DNA of 64,000 nucleotides from Acanthaster planci (Eukaryota): NCBI RefSeq assembly GCF_001949145.1, contig NW_019091355.1, positions 3,888,646 to 3,952,645 of the forward strand, read 5' to 3'. Shown piece by piece: positions 26,291 to 38,050 of this stretch (position 1 is its first letter; each line of letters starts with the position of its first letter). The notes under the pieces were generated by a model. It saw only the letters and a program-made list of their open reading frames with translations, ran no database searches and was not told where the DNA came from. The position numbers and the translations under genes were made by a program.

Positions 26291-27599
26291 CTGGCTGCGT
26301 TCGAGCGAGTTACTCGTGTTAACACGAGTACACTCTTTATTCAGTCAAAAATTGTTGGCAAGTAAAAACAGTTTTAATTCTTACGGTACAAATTTACTTT
26401 TTGACACGTGTTTGCGCTAAATAATTTTACAAACACTTTTTATTCTTAAAACATAAAAGTTTTCCTGACGTTTTTCACCTTTAAAAATGTTTGAGCATTA
26501 TTTTTTTTCAAAGAATTATTTCAACTTTAAGAAAATATGGCGCAATTTTTACTTTACAATCAAATTTATAGTTATAATTTTTTTCAACATATATTTGTTC
26601 ATAAAGGTTTTCTTAATTGTCTGTCAACTTCAAAACTTTTTCAACAAAATCTTTCTAGTTTTTTGACTCACAAAAAATATTAATTCAAACATAAAAACTT
26701 ATACAATTAAATATTTGCAACTGAAAAACTAAAATTACATTTTACTCTTAAAATATTTTTCTTTTTAAAAATGCATGTAACAATTCTTTTGTTGTCATAA
26801 AATATTTCTAACATTGTAGACCAAGAAACGTCTCTGTTAAAAAGTTGCTTTGTTTGCTTTGTTAAAATCAGGTATATCACTTTTATCAAAACAAACTGCA
26901 ACACCCTTTTTTGCATCATATACAGAAAAATTTTACACTTTAGGTTTCATTAAAATTATTAAATACAAATTGTAATATTCAAAATAATTTGTACTGTTAG
27001 TTTGTTTCATACAAATAAAACAACCAATTTAAAGATCTTCACTTAAACAGTTCAAAGTTTTAACAAACTTTTATGATATGAGTGGTAAAAACAAACCGTC
27101 CATAAAGCACCTACTCAACAAGGCGTTTGCATCTGTTTTTAAGATCATCTAGACGTTTTGAAAGTCTCGATAAATGTGCCTTTGTTCGTTCAAACTCATC
27201 ATCCTTAGTGAATCAGATTGATTTACTGCATTTAAAAACAAAAAGGAGTATTCGTTTCTTTCTTTGCCATTGATCAAATCATTAACGGCATCATCAAAAT
27301 ACATGTCTACGTGCTCACACCTTTCTAACATCATAGACAACTGCGGATACTATCTGAGTTGCAGAAAGTAGCATAAAGATAGAAATACACTTGTCTTCTA
27401 AACATGCGTGTTTCTTCTTTTGCCTCGTTGACTTCCTGTTTCTCTTTAGCTCCTTGCTTCTCTGCGTCATCTTGTTTCCCCTTCCCCTCTAAAACAATCA
27501 TCAGTTCAATCAGTTCAGCTGTGAAAGATCAAAAGAAACCACATGAATACATGTATCACACAACGCAGTGGGATAAACATCACGCAATTTCTTCTCGGG

Positions 27600-28138
27600 A
27601 TTTGAAAATGGTATTGTAACAATACTGACGGTCTGTATAAGGGACTATATCATCGGCATCGGAAGGTGAGCCTAAATCAGATTCGGTGTCTTGGCTTGTC
27701 TCTGGTGCAACTGGGTTTTCTTCCGTCTTGCTTGCACGCTGTCTCTCCGCCTCCGGTGTGGCTCTCTAGATGACTGGAACAGACTTCACCAAGGCTCTCC
27801 GTTCTTCTACCGAAAGGTTGATGCCTCGTGCACCGGCCACCCAAGCAAAGTGTTTGCCCTTCCTCTGCATGTATTCTCTAATTTTGATATACACGTGATC
27901 TTTAAAACCCTACTACGACATGGCGATTGTCTCTGAAGGGAAAGCGCCAGAATGTCGTACTTTTGGGCACCAGGCGACGCAGCGATCTACCACATGCTGG
28001 CGCTACACTCTTGGTCTCCATACGTTTCTGTAGTTTCTGCATTCGGTCATCACAGTCTGCACGGTAAAACGGAGGTCTGGATTCACCAATCTTCCGATGG
28101 GTGCCAGCAGTATCAAATGAACCAGCCATTGATTCCAT
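27600..28138 (-). pseudogene. PC4/Sub1-like ssDNA-binding domain gene (Polinton accessory), frameshifted
   Basis: ORF 27902-28138 joined to the next frame: FPFRDNRHVVVG/FKDHVYIKIREYMQRKGKHFAWVAGARGINLSVEERRALVKSVPVI, compared with the PC4 consensus F.IG..RYVSV..FKGK..IDIREY......PG.KGISL..EQW..L. An acidic low-complexity tail follows. Confidence 0.75.
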
Positions 28139-30111
28139 CTTCAGGCAGTGTAGTAATTCTTGGTCGTCAGTTGATGTACTCAGGATGAGTACGAAGACAG
28201 AATGACAACTCCACCTCCGGGTACCCCTTATAACTTACATGCACTACAGTCTCATCTTACCTATCTAATCAGATCACATTAGTTTATCTGATCAACGTTC
28301 GTCCAATCCCTCTCCAGAAACTATGCAACACCGTTTATCTTTGTTCATTCAGCTCGCTAGGATTTCAGGGCAACATCACCAAACTTTATCTCTCCTTTCG
28401 AGCAATTACAGCGTGTCACAACGTTACTTAATCTTCTCTTCCTTCCACCAATCACCACGCCAGATTTTCAGGGCTCATCCCCGCTCTTATCTCCCACCGC
28501 CCCCACAACCTTATCTTGTTATACTCCTTATCTCCTTACATCACCACCTAATCCCTCTTCATCCTCTCACCCACACTCTTATCATCCTAACCCATCTCCC
28601 AATCTCTTATCTGCCATTATTGCCCCAAATTGTCATTGGTATTACGTCATTTTTGTCTGTTGTGCCGGATAAAGACCCCCTTTCCTACTCACGGTGGGGT
28701 CCATAATGTTCAGGGAAGGTCAGGCTCATAAAAACAAAACACGATAAGAAGACAATGAAAACTTTTCATACGTCATGCCACGCTATTTTCAATTTGAGAA
28801 AACAGAAAAGTGTGCAGTGGAAATGAGCATTAGGTCCCGTAGCATGCTGCAACTCTAGGACGTTTTATACAAAATTATAATGTCAAATTAACATCATTCA
28901 AGTTTCGACAACCGTGGGAGTATAACCTGGCCTTGAAAAACTTGCTTTCAGCTCTAACGTCTGGAAACTCGGCCTCCTAATGTTGTTTAGACTTTCCGTT
29001 TTGTCATGTCTTGTTTCATTCATTTTGCACGTACATTCTTTGCATTCGCCACTAATGGTGGGACCAACCTACGGCACTGATGCAGACGGATGTCACAGTA
29101 CCCTAGGCTGGACACGAACCCCGATGGTGCCGAGTGTTCTCGTCAAATTAAAGGCTCGACTTCACCAAATGTTCACATGACCAAAACTGCAGGAATTCCT
29201 CCAGTTTCTGAAAGCAGGCAAATTTTCCGAACTCGTCCTGTCCACATTCGGATAGTATCTTTGATGTTCGGGTAGTTCCGGCCGTGCCTGTTCACGCATA
29301 TTGTTTTTGCTTGTTGCCCACATGCAACACAACGTTGCTCCTTTCCTTTGCATTTGTTCTGAGTTTAGTGCATGTTTTCAGAGTGATCGCTAGTATTAAC
29401 AGTCTGCATGCACATCTAAACACAGGATCCACCGAGGGATAAGTTCGAACAGTGACAAATGTCAACCAATGGTCGATTTTGACTGGTAACATATGCGTGA
29501 AACATATATTGGGCACCAGGCAAAATCGATCAATGGTCAACAAATTAATTGTCGCTGCTCAAACGTGCCCCTGCGCTTTCCTTGTGAACCTTGACATGTT
29601 GCGTCATGATCTATTTTTATTCGTGGGTGATATCAGACGTAAGATTTTATCAAGAGTCATCAGGGAAACAGACTAACAATGCCCCAGGTAAGTTCCTTAG
29701 CGAGGTCAAAGAGTACAGCGTCACTGGTTATTAAAGCGTGAAGTCTAGGGAATGGGCATCAATTACAATGAAGCTCATCGGAGTCGATCCACAATCTCCA
29801 GCATCTCCAATCCCGACATTCTGTATGCTTGATGTTGACATCCCTATCAATAAATGGACGAGTCTGTTCTGAAGCTTGAGCTACTGTTGGCGCTCTACAT
29901 GGAAATATATGAATCATGCAATTCAGCTGCTGCATGTATGAATATCTATCGTGAAACAGGTTGATCAAGTTGCTCGGCGGGCACAGGGGTCGCGGGCCGA
30001 CGCGACGTGCGCCGAAACCCGGTACTGAACAGCCCACGAGCAAGGGCAGAATCGGTGTGGCATGCTGGATGGATCGTGGGGCACAGTGAACGGGCTCGCC
30101 CCCACTAATAC

Positions 30112-30266
30112 GGGCGATTCACAATAGTGCGCCCCCAAAAGTTGTCAACACGTTGGCCAATCACAACGCGCAACGTCTGTTGACCCTCTCCAAACGCGCA
30201 CTGGGTCGACACTGTAATTGGCCAACGCGTTGCGAACTTTTGGAGGCGCGCTATTGTGAAACGCCC
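30112..30266. mobile_element. Palindromic MITE, same family as 44444-44587
   Basis: gggcgattcacaatagtgcgcc...ggcgcgctattgtgaaacgccc termini. Confidence 0.8.
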
Positions 30267-32092
30267 ATATTGTAAAATGACGCAGCTTATGGACAGCAAA
30301 CATGGCCGACTAAGTACTTGATTTCCGTGGTTGCGGCAATCCAGATCTTGGAAACTATAACTCATGTCGAAGATTTAACTTGTCTAAATGAAAGATGGTA
30401 GCTGTTACATTGCAGATACGTGGAGGTGCCAAAGTCCCAAGCGTGATGTTCCTGCAGAGGCACAACTATGTGACATTTTCGCGTGTTACAGCAATGGCAA
30501 CTACGACGTCAGTTACACAATTTTTGGTTAGAATCACTGCACTTCGGAGGTGATTTTCTATCTCCTCGTTAATATAATCTCTGATTTATTTCTGAACTGA
30601 TTGGAATCACAATATCATAACTACAGCCATCTTGAATCATATCCCATCATGCTCTATCTTCCCATGATTCACAACCAACCGATTGTTGATACATGTAATG
30701 CATATAAAGTGCTGTACATGAGTATGCCGTGTAACGTCCCATTACAGCGTGCCTGTTCTTGATCGGTAGAAGTGTTGTTTACGGAGCAGTGCACACTACT
30801 GGGACGTTCCTTTCACAGTTTGATGATGTATGCTGAGAATTTGTCGTGGAAAAGCTTTATCTAAAACATGCTGTAATACCAAAGTATTATATAAAAAACC
30901 CTCCTCCCTCCTCGTTTTTACAAATACAACTGGAATCCTTCCAAAAATTATAAAATTTGATGTCATGGCCCCCTTGTAAAGTCCCTGTTCGCTCCGAACG
31001 GAACAAAAGAGGGCGTGTTTTCTTTAGTACTCTTCGCATAGGGTTCCACTACACCAAATAGGCGCCCATAGAAAACAGTGCCACATCGGACCGAAATAGC
31101 GCCGCCTGTTGACTCTTGTGAAGAGATTTGCCTCCGTTTTTCATTGGAAATTCAAGATTATGGCCAGCAGATCAATTTTCGTTGAAATTTTTGGGGGGTT
31201 AACCACTCAAATTCTTTTTTATTCGCCTTTTCCCCGAAGATACCCCTAAAATAGCAATAAGACTTTGCGCTCAGCTCTGAATGTAGCCGCCCGCCTCTGT
31301 CCAAAATAGGTCCGCAATTTGGGGCTTTTTGTGGAAGAAATACCCCGAACTGGAAACTATCAGTCCCAAATTCGGGATTCATGAAAATATTTCTATGACA
31401 AAGCAATAACTCCTGATCCTAGGACATAAAATTTTTTTTACATTAGATATGTGACAGATTTTCTATTGTAAAATGTCTGGATTCACGCGATATTGGCGCG
31501 AAAATTTGGTTCAAATTCAAATTTATTTTACCCAATTATTTTATCCGACGGATTCCCGATCGAGTGAGACAGTCTTCTACTTTATATGTATCTAGTTTTT
31601 ATGGCCAGGAAAACTCATTTTTAATAGATATTGATCAAATGTGGCAACACTCAATTTTTTCTAGAGAAAAATAAAATAATTTGGGGTTTATTAAAAATCA
31701 AATGTTACATAACCGTTTCTGATGCAGCGCACAAAATCAATGCTATACTGAAAAATGAAATGATTAATGTTATTTGGATTTGTCATGAAAAATTTAATTA
31801 CTTATGCTCAGTTTATGAAAATCCTTTAACAAAGACGACGCCTCATTTTGCAATCAGAGCCCGCGAAATCAGACATAGCCTGTTGCTGTGCTGTTGTTAA
31901 GTGCAAATCTTGCGCACGCGCACTTTGGTTATGAGCGTCATGAACATACATTTGTAAGTGATCCACAACGCTTGAACAACGTGCAACCAATCATAGCTTT
32001 CCATGCGTTTTCACGTGCATGCACTAGGCTCTCCACCCTCTGACATTGCAATCAGACATATCAGAGCAACAGACTAGCCCAATCAAAATACC

Positions 32093-32278
32093 TATACCCA
32101 GCAAGAAATGAGACCGAGGGGTACCCCCCCAACATGTCCAATCCCTATACACATTCCAGACTATTGTTATTTAACGCGTCTCCCCAAGATGTCTGAAAGG
32201 AATTCCCGAGATTCCTGCGAGACAATGACCAACACAAAGTAGGGGGGTTTCTCTCCGTCTCATACCTTGCTGCATATG
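32093..32278 (+). mobile_element. ~185-bp hAT-like MITE with 8-bp TSD (aaaatacc)
   Basis: Imperfect TIRs TATACCCAGCAAGAAATGAGACC...CCGTCTCATACCTTGCTGCATATG. aaaatacc on both sides (32085-32092, 32279-32286). Absent from the paralogous site near 1118. Confidence 0.88.
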
Positions 32279-33752
32279 AAAATACCGGTAACTATCCAAA
32301 CTATCCTACCAGTGTAACGTTTGGGCCATACCCACTGAAAACTAACACTATAAGACCCGTGCCGGGATAGCTCCACAAAATCTCAACACCACACAATAGC
32401 CTCACCACATTACATGATTCACACGGGCTATGCAAAGGGATGGCTCACACGTAATTAATGCATTGGCTATGCGAATAATGCCTGGAATACACAACGGGAA
32501 CACCGCATAAAGGTTTTACGAGAAGACCCAGGGATTGAGAACTTCACAGAAGAGATTGACTACATCACATGAGAGACTGACAACATCACACGACGGATTG
32601 CGATGCAGGTTTTACAATGAATTGCACAAAACTGTGGACTCAGTACAGCGCATTTCTGAATGAACGACACACGCGGGATAATCTGTAGAACAAAAATGAA
32701 CAGGTGCTTTCCACCTCCCCTGGCGCTCCAAAGGTGTAGTTTTCCCTTAATAGCTATCAAAACACTAGATAATTATACACGTGCTACCACATACTAAATG
32801 AGAATACAACAATTTGAGGTACACTGAGAACCAAAATGAAGGTGGTATTTCTGCAAACTCTGGCCACCTTTACAAGTTGTAGGCAAAAATGAGGGTGTTC
32901 TATTCATGTCGACTTTCCCCAGCGAGTTATGTTTTCCCTGGAAATTCTAACCTGGTCTGGATGACATGACGAAAATAACATACAGCTGGTAAACGCACTT
33001 CACAAATAACACGAAAAACCTCATACACACACAACCAGATGTTATACAACTGTCTCACGAAGGCATGCGTGAAATACGTGATCGGCAAGTTACACCCGCA
33101 TGCCTAATCAAAAAGCTTGATTCAGCCCCCCCCCACACACACACACCTTGGCTCACGCGACGTGAGGAGCAAACTAAACTGACTGGATTACGCTAAAATG
33201 TTAACAACACTGCCACGTGCAGACCGCCTTGGCCACGGTGATCCGTACGTGGGAACGCTGCATGCTTGACTAGTTTCTCTTGAATATTATGGTGTTGCGA
33301 AGACGACACGTCTCGCTCGTCGCCGTCGCATTTTTCTAATTCACTTGTGCACAAATACTTCCGTCGCGAACAACTGGGTTTCATGAGGGCGCCCCATATT
33401 GTGAGCTCTTCTCCATCTTTTTATTCCTCCATGGTGTATATCGCAAATGAGTGGGCCGGGAATTATAAGCAGTGCACGCTGTACCGGGGGGGGGGCATTG
33501 CCTGAAAAACAATCGTTGGGTAATAAGCCTTTTGGGAGTTAATTTTGACCCAAATCTGTATACACTGAGCCCTTTAAATTCACGTGAACATAATAACTTG
33601 ACTTATCCTCACTAAAACCACTGTTGCTATACCTCGTGATTCGGGGCAAGCTTTTGCTTAGTTACATAAGAGACGCCTTGCAACAATACACTGTTCTCAA
33701 TGGATAAGAAGGGCACAAAGGAACCATTCCATACCAGAGATGGTGGTCGCTA

Positions 33753-33936
33753 CATATGCAGCAAGGTATGAGACGGAGAGAATCCCCCTGCTTTGTGTTG
33801 GCCATTGTCTCGCAGGAATCTGGGGAATTCCTTTCAGACATCTTGGGGGATGTGTCAAGTAACAATAGTCTGGAATGTGTATAGGGATTGGACATGTTGG
33901 GGGGGTACCCCTCGGTCTCATTTCTTGCTGGGTATA
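33753..33936 (-). mobile_element. ~185-bp hAT-like MITE with 8-bp TSD (ggtcgcta)
   Basis: Reverse copy of 32093-32278, flanked by ggtcgcta at 33745-33752 and 33937-33944. Confidence 0.88.
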
Positions 33937-34806
33937 GGTCGCTATGCGAAAGCTTGCCACGAATCACAAGGTATAGCAATAGTGTCTTTAGTCTGGGGAA
34001 TTCAAATCGTCATGTTTATGTGCAGTCAGATAACTCAGTGCACAAGATTTTATTCAAATTTAACTCGCAAATGGCTTATTTCAGTCACATCCTTATACGT
34101 TTCTTATAAGTACGCTCAGCCCGTAAATTGCACATAAACCAAACAAGTTGAATTCCCCCAGACTATATAAGGACACTGTCGCTATATCTCGTGATTCCGG
34201 GCAAGCTTTTGCATAGCGACTGCCATCTCTGGGATATTGCCCTTCTTATCCATTGAAACAGTGTATATTGCGCAAGGCGTCTCTTGTGTAACTAAGCAAA
34301 AGCCGGGCACGAATCATGTGGTATAGCAGTAGTGTCTTTCGTATAAAAAATTCAAATTGTTATGTTCCCGTGAATTTGAAAAACTTAGAGTACCAGATTT
34401 TATTTAAATTTAACTTAAAGGGTTTATTTGCACCAGCTAACGGATGTGGCATTTTTAAAATTGGGAAACATATATTTTCCAACAATGGTCAGCTGACCAT
34501 CGTTAAAAAAAAAAGAATGTCTTCTCGATGCGAACGTTCTTGGCGAAAAAAAAAAGCTCAGGTCACCCGAGACTGTTATGTTCTTTCTCTCACGTAAGAT
34601 ATTCAAGTCTTATTCGGCAGTTCCTTTTATGATTTTACCGATAGTATATCCTACCTTTAACGCAACGTACCATGTTTCATAACATTAAAAAATTTAAAAA
34701 GTGAAACATGCGGAGTAAGACGGAAAGTAGAGGTGAAGGTTCAACAGTAACTCAGTAAACACCTGCCCAGATTATTTACGGAAACCGATCAGGGGCACGT
34801 TCGTTA

Positions 34807-34814
34807 TATATAAA
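34807..34814 (+). promoter_or_regulatory. TATA box of SAPLIP copy 2
   Basis: TATATAAA 161 nt upstream of ATG 34968, positionally conserved among paralogs. Confidence 0.7.
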
Positions 34815-34967
34815 ACCCGATGAAGTCTTCTTCCTACGAGATTCGTCTTACGGCAACTCTGACCAGCTACTCGCTCCGGGCCTTCCAGTTGCATTTACTA
34901 AGTGCGCGGTCAGTGCAGACGCTTGCGTACACATCTGTTCTCAATTTCCGATTGACTGGTCACAACC

Positions 34968-37900
34968 ATGACAAATTTCCTTGGTCTGCTGATCCTCTTT
35001 GCTGTGGTGATGAGTGCAAAAGGTTTGTTTAATCTGTTTTTCTTTTATCTATTTATTTTGATTTTTTATTCTTTCGTTGCAGGGTGCAAACATCCAGTGA
35101 AATAATTTCTGGCCCTTTTTTTAAAGATTGATTTTTAAGGCCGGTTCGTCCTTCAGGCGAATGCGGAAGCGAATTAAACGTTATTAGCAATGTGCTGTGA
35201 AATTCGTCCAAGTTGAAATATGTGTTCAACGTTGACGAATTCGCAGGACAAACATTTCATTCAACGCCACAAAGTCGCGTTCGTGTTCGTTTTTGCACTG
35301 CATGGCGCTGGTTGTACACGTGATTCGAACAGTAAAAGATGCTTTTGGCGTACAAATTCTTCTCTGCTTCTGCAATCAAAACTACAACGGCTAGTAATTT
35401 GTCCAGTGCTTTCTTTTAACATCGTTCCCGAAAAGCAGCTGCGTTGTAATGTTGCGGCGACGACCAGTTTACACATCTATGTGACAACATTTACAGCGTG
35501 AATATTTAACGATCTTGTTTCTTTCTCCACCAAAAGCTTATCATCGTGGTGAAGCAGATCAGCCAGAATGGACCCAGCATCAGACATCTCCTCGTGTCAA
35601 CCTTACCGGAGTGTTCAAAGTGCTAGGTACGTTTCCACCATTCTACTGCACTTGGAGAAAAGTGAAATGGCATATTGGCTATAGTAACGAGTAGTGGTGT
35701 AGGTGCGGGGGAGGGGGGACACGCCCCTCAGCTGAAGTCTGTGCCCCTTTACCTCCCCCCTCCATTAATAATGTTGAAATGGGAGCAACGTATACACGAG
35801 CCAAAGCTGTTAGTTTGTGTTGCTCGAGAAAGTTATCCCATTTTTCGCTACTGTTGACAAGTTGAATGTAGAAAACACCGTTATTTCCGCTGTAACAACA
35901 CTGCTGGTGATATGGTGGACACTATCTCCCTTCGCTGCCCTGAAGCCGCGCCAATCTCACTGTTACGGCGCCGCCTTACTGGTGAAGCAATAACGTAGTT
36001 CTTGGAACAAACTGTTAGGTTGTAATAGTCCCATAGTAAGCTCAGTTGGTGCCTGTACGACAGGAGTGGAAACTCACAGTAAGTGGAAACTATATCACCG
36101 AGTATACGACATGCATTTATTCTTGTTTACCATCACATTATTTTGTTCAAATTTTGGTTTTTTTTTTTTACTGAAGATCGTAAGCTGCAAGAGGTGTTCT
36201 CCACCCCTCAGAACAACCAGTTTCTTTGCTTGTGGTGCAGCAGTGTTGTGATCTTCGTCAGGAATGTTTCGACCGACAAGGACTTTTTGGTGAGAAAACT
36301 CGTATTCACAAAAACTAAACTCGCGAGATTTCCTCCAAATCGAAAAATGGTTATTGTGACTAACTACTACCACTCAGGAGTGGACCAATTTCATGGAGCT
36401 GCTCAAGCCCAACATTTGCTTAAGCGCGGAAAAACCTTGCTTAAAACATAAAGGTTACCAGCTCAAACAAAAGATAGCGAAATACCATTCCGAAATAATA
36501 TACATCACATGGAGTTTTGGCTGGTAACCTGATTTATCAAGCAAATTTTTTTCACGCTTAAGCAGATTAAAATTGGCCCGTTTCAGTTTACTGGTCCGGC
36601 ATATACGCGTGTGACGGTACTGTTTTCATGACGTTGTTCTCAAAAAGTTATTTCAGGGTGCACGATCATCTGCATGAAGACAAAACATTTGACGAGACAA
36701 CAGACTTCCTAGTTGTACATTACCAGCGAGTTTCGCAGATTACCGGACTGCGTTTCATTCGTCGTTTTTCTCAAAGCCCACGTTTAAGTTACAAAATCTG
36801 TGTCTCGACCTCACCATTTGACATTGATACGCTCTCGGTATGAGCAAGAGAAAAAAACAACTGTATCTCTGTATTCATTTTTCACACTCTCAACCACCTT
36901 TTAGCCGCTTGGCCAAGTTCTTTGGTATATTTTGTGCATTATTTGTTCAATACACATGATGCATGCTTTTGGTAACGATCACAATAGGCCTATAAAAATC
37001 GACGTCTCCCCATGTATTGCTTACACAGGACATGTTAGTCAAGAACAACAAGAAGGCTTGCCACTTCTGGAGTCCTGCAGGCTTCGAAAAGTACTGTGAA
37101 GACTATGTGAACGAAATACCAAACTTCATTCTAACATTTGCCGACGAATACCTGGTAAGTCCTTTTATAATTGTGTCCTAATTATGGTAAGGTTATAATC
37201 ATCACTCATCGTTGAAATCCCACAGAGTTCTGACTACAGACAGAGCATACCGTCCAGAACGTTGAGCCTCCCGCGCGGTTCTTTTCGGACCTAGGAGAAT
37301 ACTGCGCGTATGGGGCACCTGTAACTCACTTCACCGTGCAAATCCTTCAATCGTATGAGGCTAGGATGCCTTTTGCTTTGTTCAAAGACACAAACTTCCC
37401 TCAATTTGAAAATGGGACCAGAGGCAAAACATTTAAAATGAAGCCAAATAACTCAGAAAGTTGCAATGAAGGGAGATTTCAAGCTATTCACTGAGTTGCT
37501 TTAATCCTATTCCTTTTTCATTCGGGCAGAGAAAACTTTCCAGCGAAACTGTCCTCTTTAGTTATACCGAACGAAATGCATGAATTCATCAGCTCAAAAA
37601 CTGTATAAGAGTGAAAAAAGTGACGGGATCTTTAAGTCAACCTTACACCCGCTCTACCCTCACAGATATCCACTTATACTCCTGGGCCACGAGAATGCAA
37701 GTGGGGTTGAGTGGCTTGCCTGATATCCGTATACATGTATATATGGATACCGTATACCATTGATGGAGGGCCCCCTTGACCATTAAACTGGTAGTCATAA
37801 CACCCTAGCCACGGGGTACGTCCCACATGAATGTTAGGGGAAAGCATTGCAAAATGAAACTTTACAGTTAGGTTATCATACCATTGCAGGATGTCTGTTA

Positions 37901-38050
37901 CTCCGAAATTAAAAGAGCGTTATGAATTCCACACCACAGGATCCGGCGAAGGACTGCGCAACGGTTTGCCGTGGTCAGGAGCCCGATCAGCAGCACCCAA
38001 CGGCTATAAACAACTTGATGAAAAGCGATTACGAGAAGTTCCGGAAGTAG
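34968..38050 (+). CDS. Secreted saposin-like protein (SAPLIP), copy 2, 164 aa; exons 34968-35022, 35537-35626, 36177-36289, 37029-37154, 37940-38050
   Basis: Spliced translation: MTNFLGLLILFAVVMSAK/AYHRGEADQPEWTQHQTSPRVNLTGVFKVL/DRKLQEVFSTPQNNQFLCLWCSSVVIFVRNVSTDKDFL/DMLVKNNKKACHFWSPAGFEKYCEDYVNEIPNFILTFADEYL/DPAKDCATVCRGQEPDQQHPTAINNLMKSDYEKFRK*. All introns GT-AG with phases 1,1,0,0. Open frame of 495 nt. AATAAA at 38212-38217. Confidence 0.9.

Larger units (their letters stand above)
23000..28140 (-). mobile_element. Degenerate Maverick/Polinton (adintovirus-like) element, internally deleted
   Basis: Five recognisable pseudogenised modules on the - strand in the order PC4-like, integrase, penton, hexon, adenain. 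pPolB, packaging ATPase and TIRs not recognised. Outer boundaries uncertain (could extend to ~21700 and ~28730). Confidence 0.88.

Noticed and set aside
21700..28730. Pyrimidine-rich tracts 21700-22160 and 28250-28730 as Polinton TIRs
   Set aside because: Both have the same strand bias and I could not align them as inverted repeats; the element ends remain undefined.
29000..29700. Cys-containing decayed frames (RCVACGQQ...)
   Set aside because: Many stops and no family recognisable by eye.
1..32776. Inverted repeat 1-1815 / 31420-32776 as giant TIRs of a 32-kb Polinton carrying the SAPLIP gene
   Set aside because: The repeats are paralogous upstream flanks of genes 1 and 2, contain nested MITEs, and show no Polinton-type termini or TSD.
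36083..36451. Track ORFs 36083-36451, 37891-38229, 6161-6418 and 53946-54146 as standalone genes
   Set aside because: They only overlap SAPLIP exons (in frame or off frame) and run into intron sequence.
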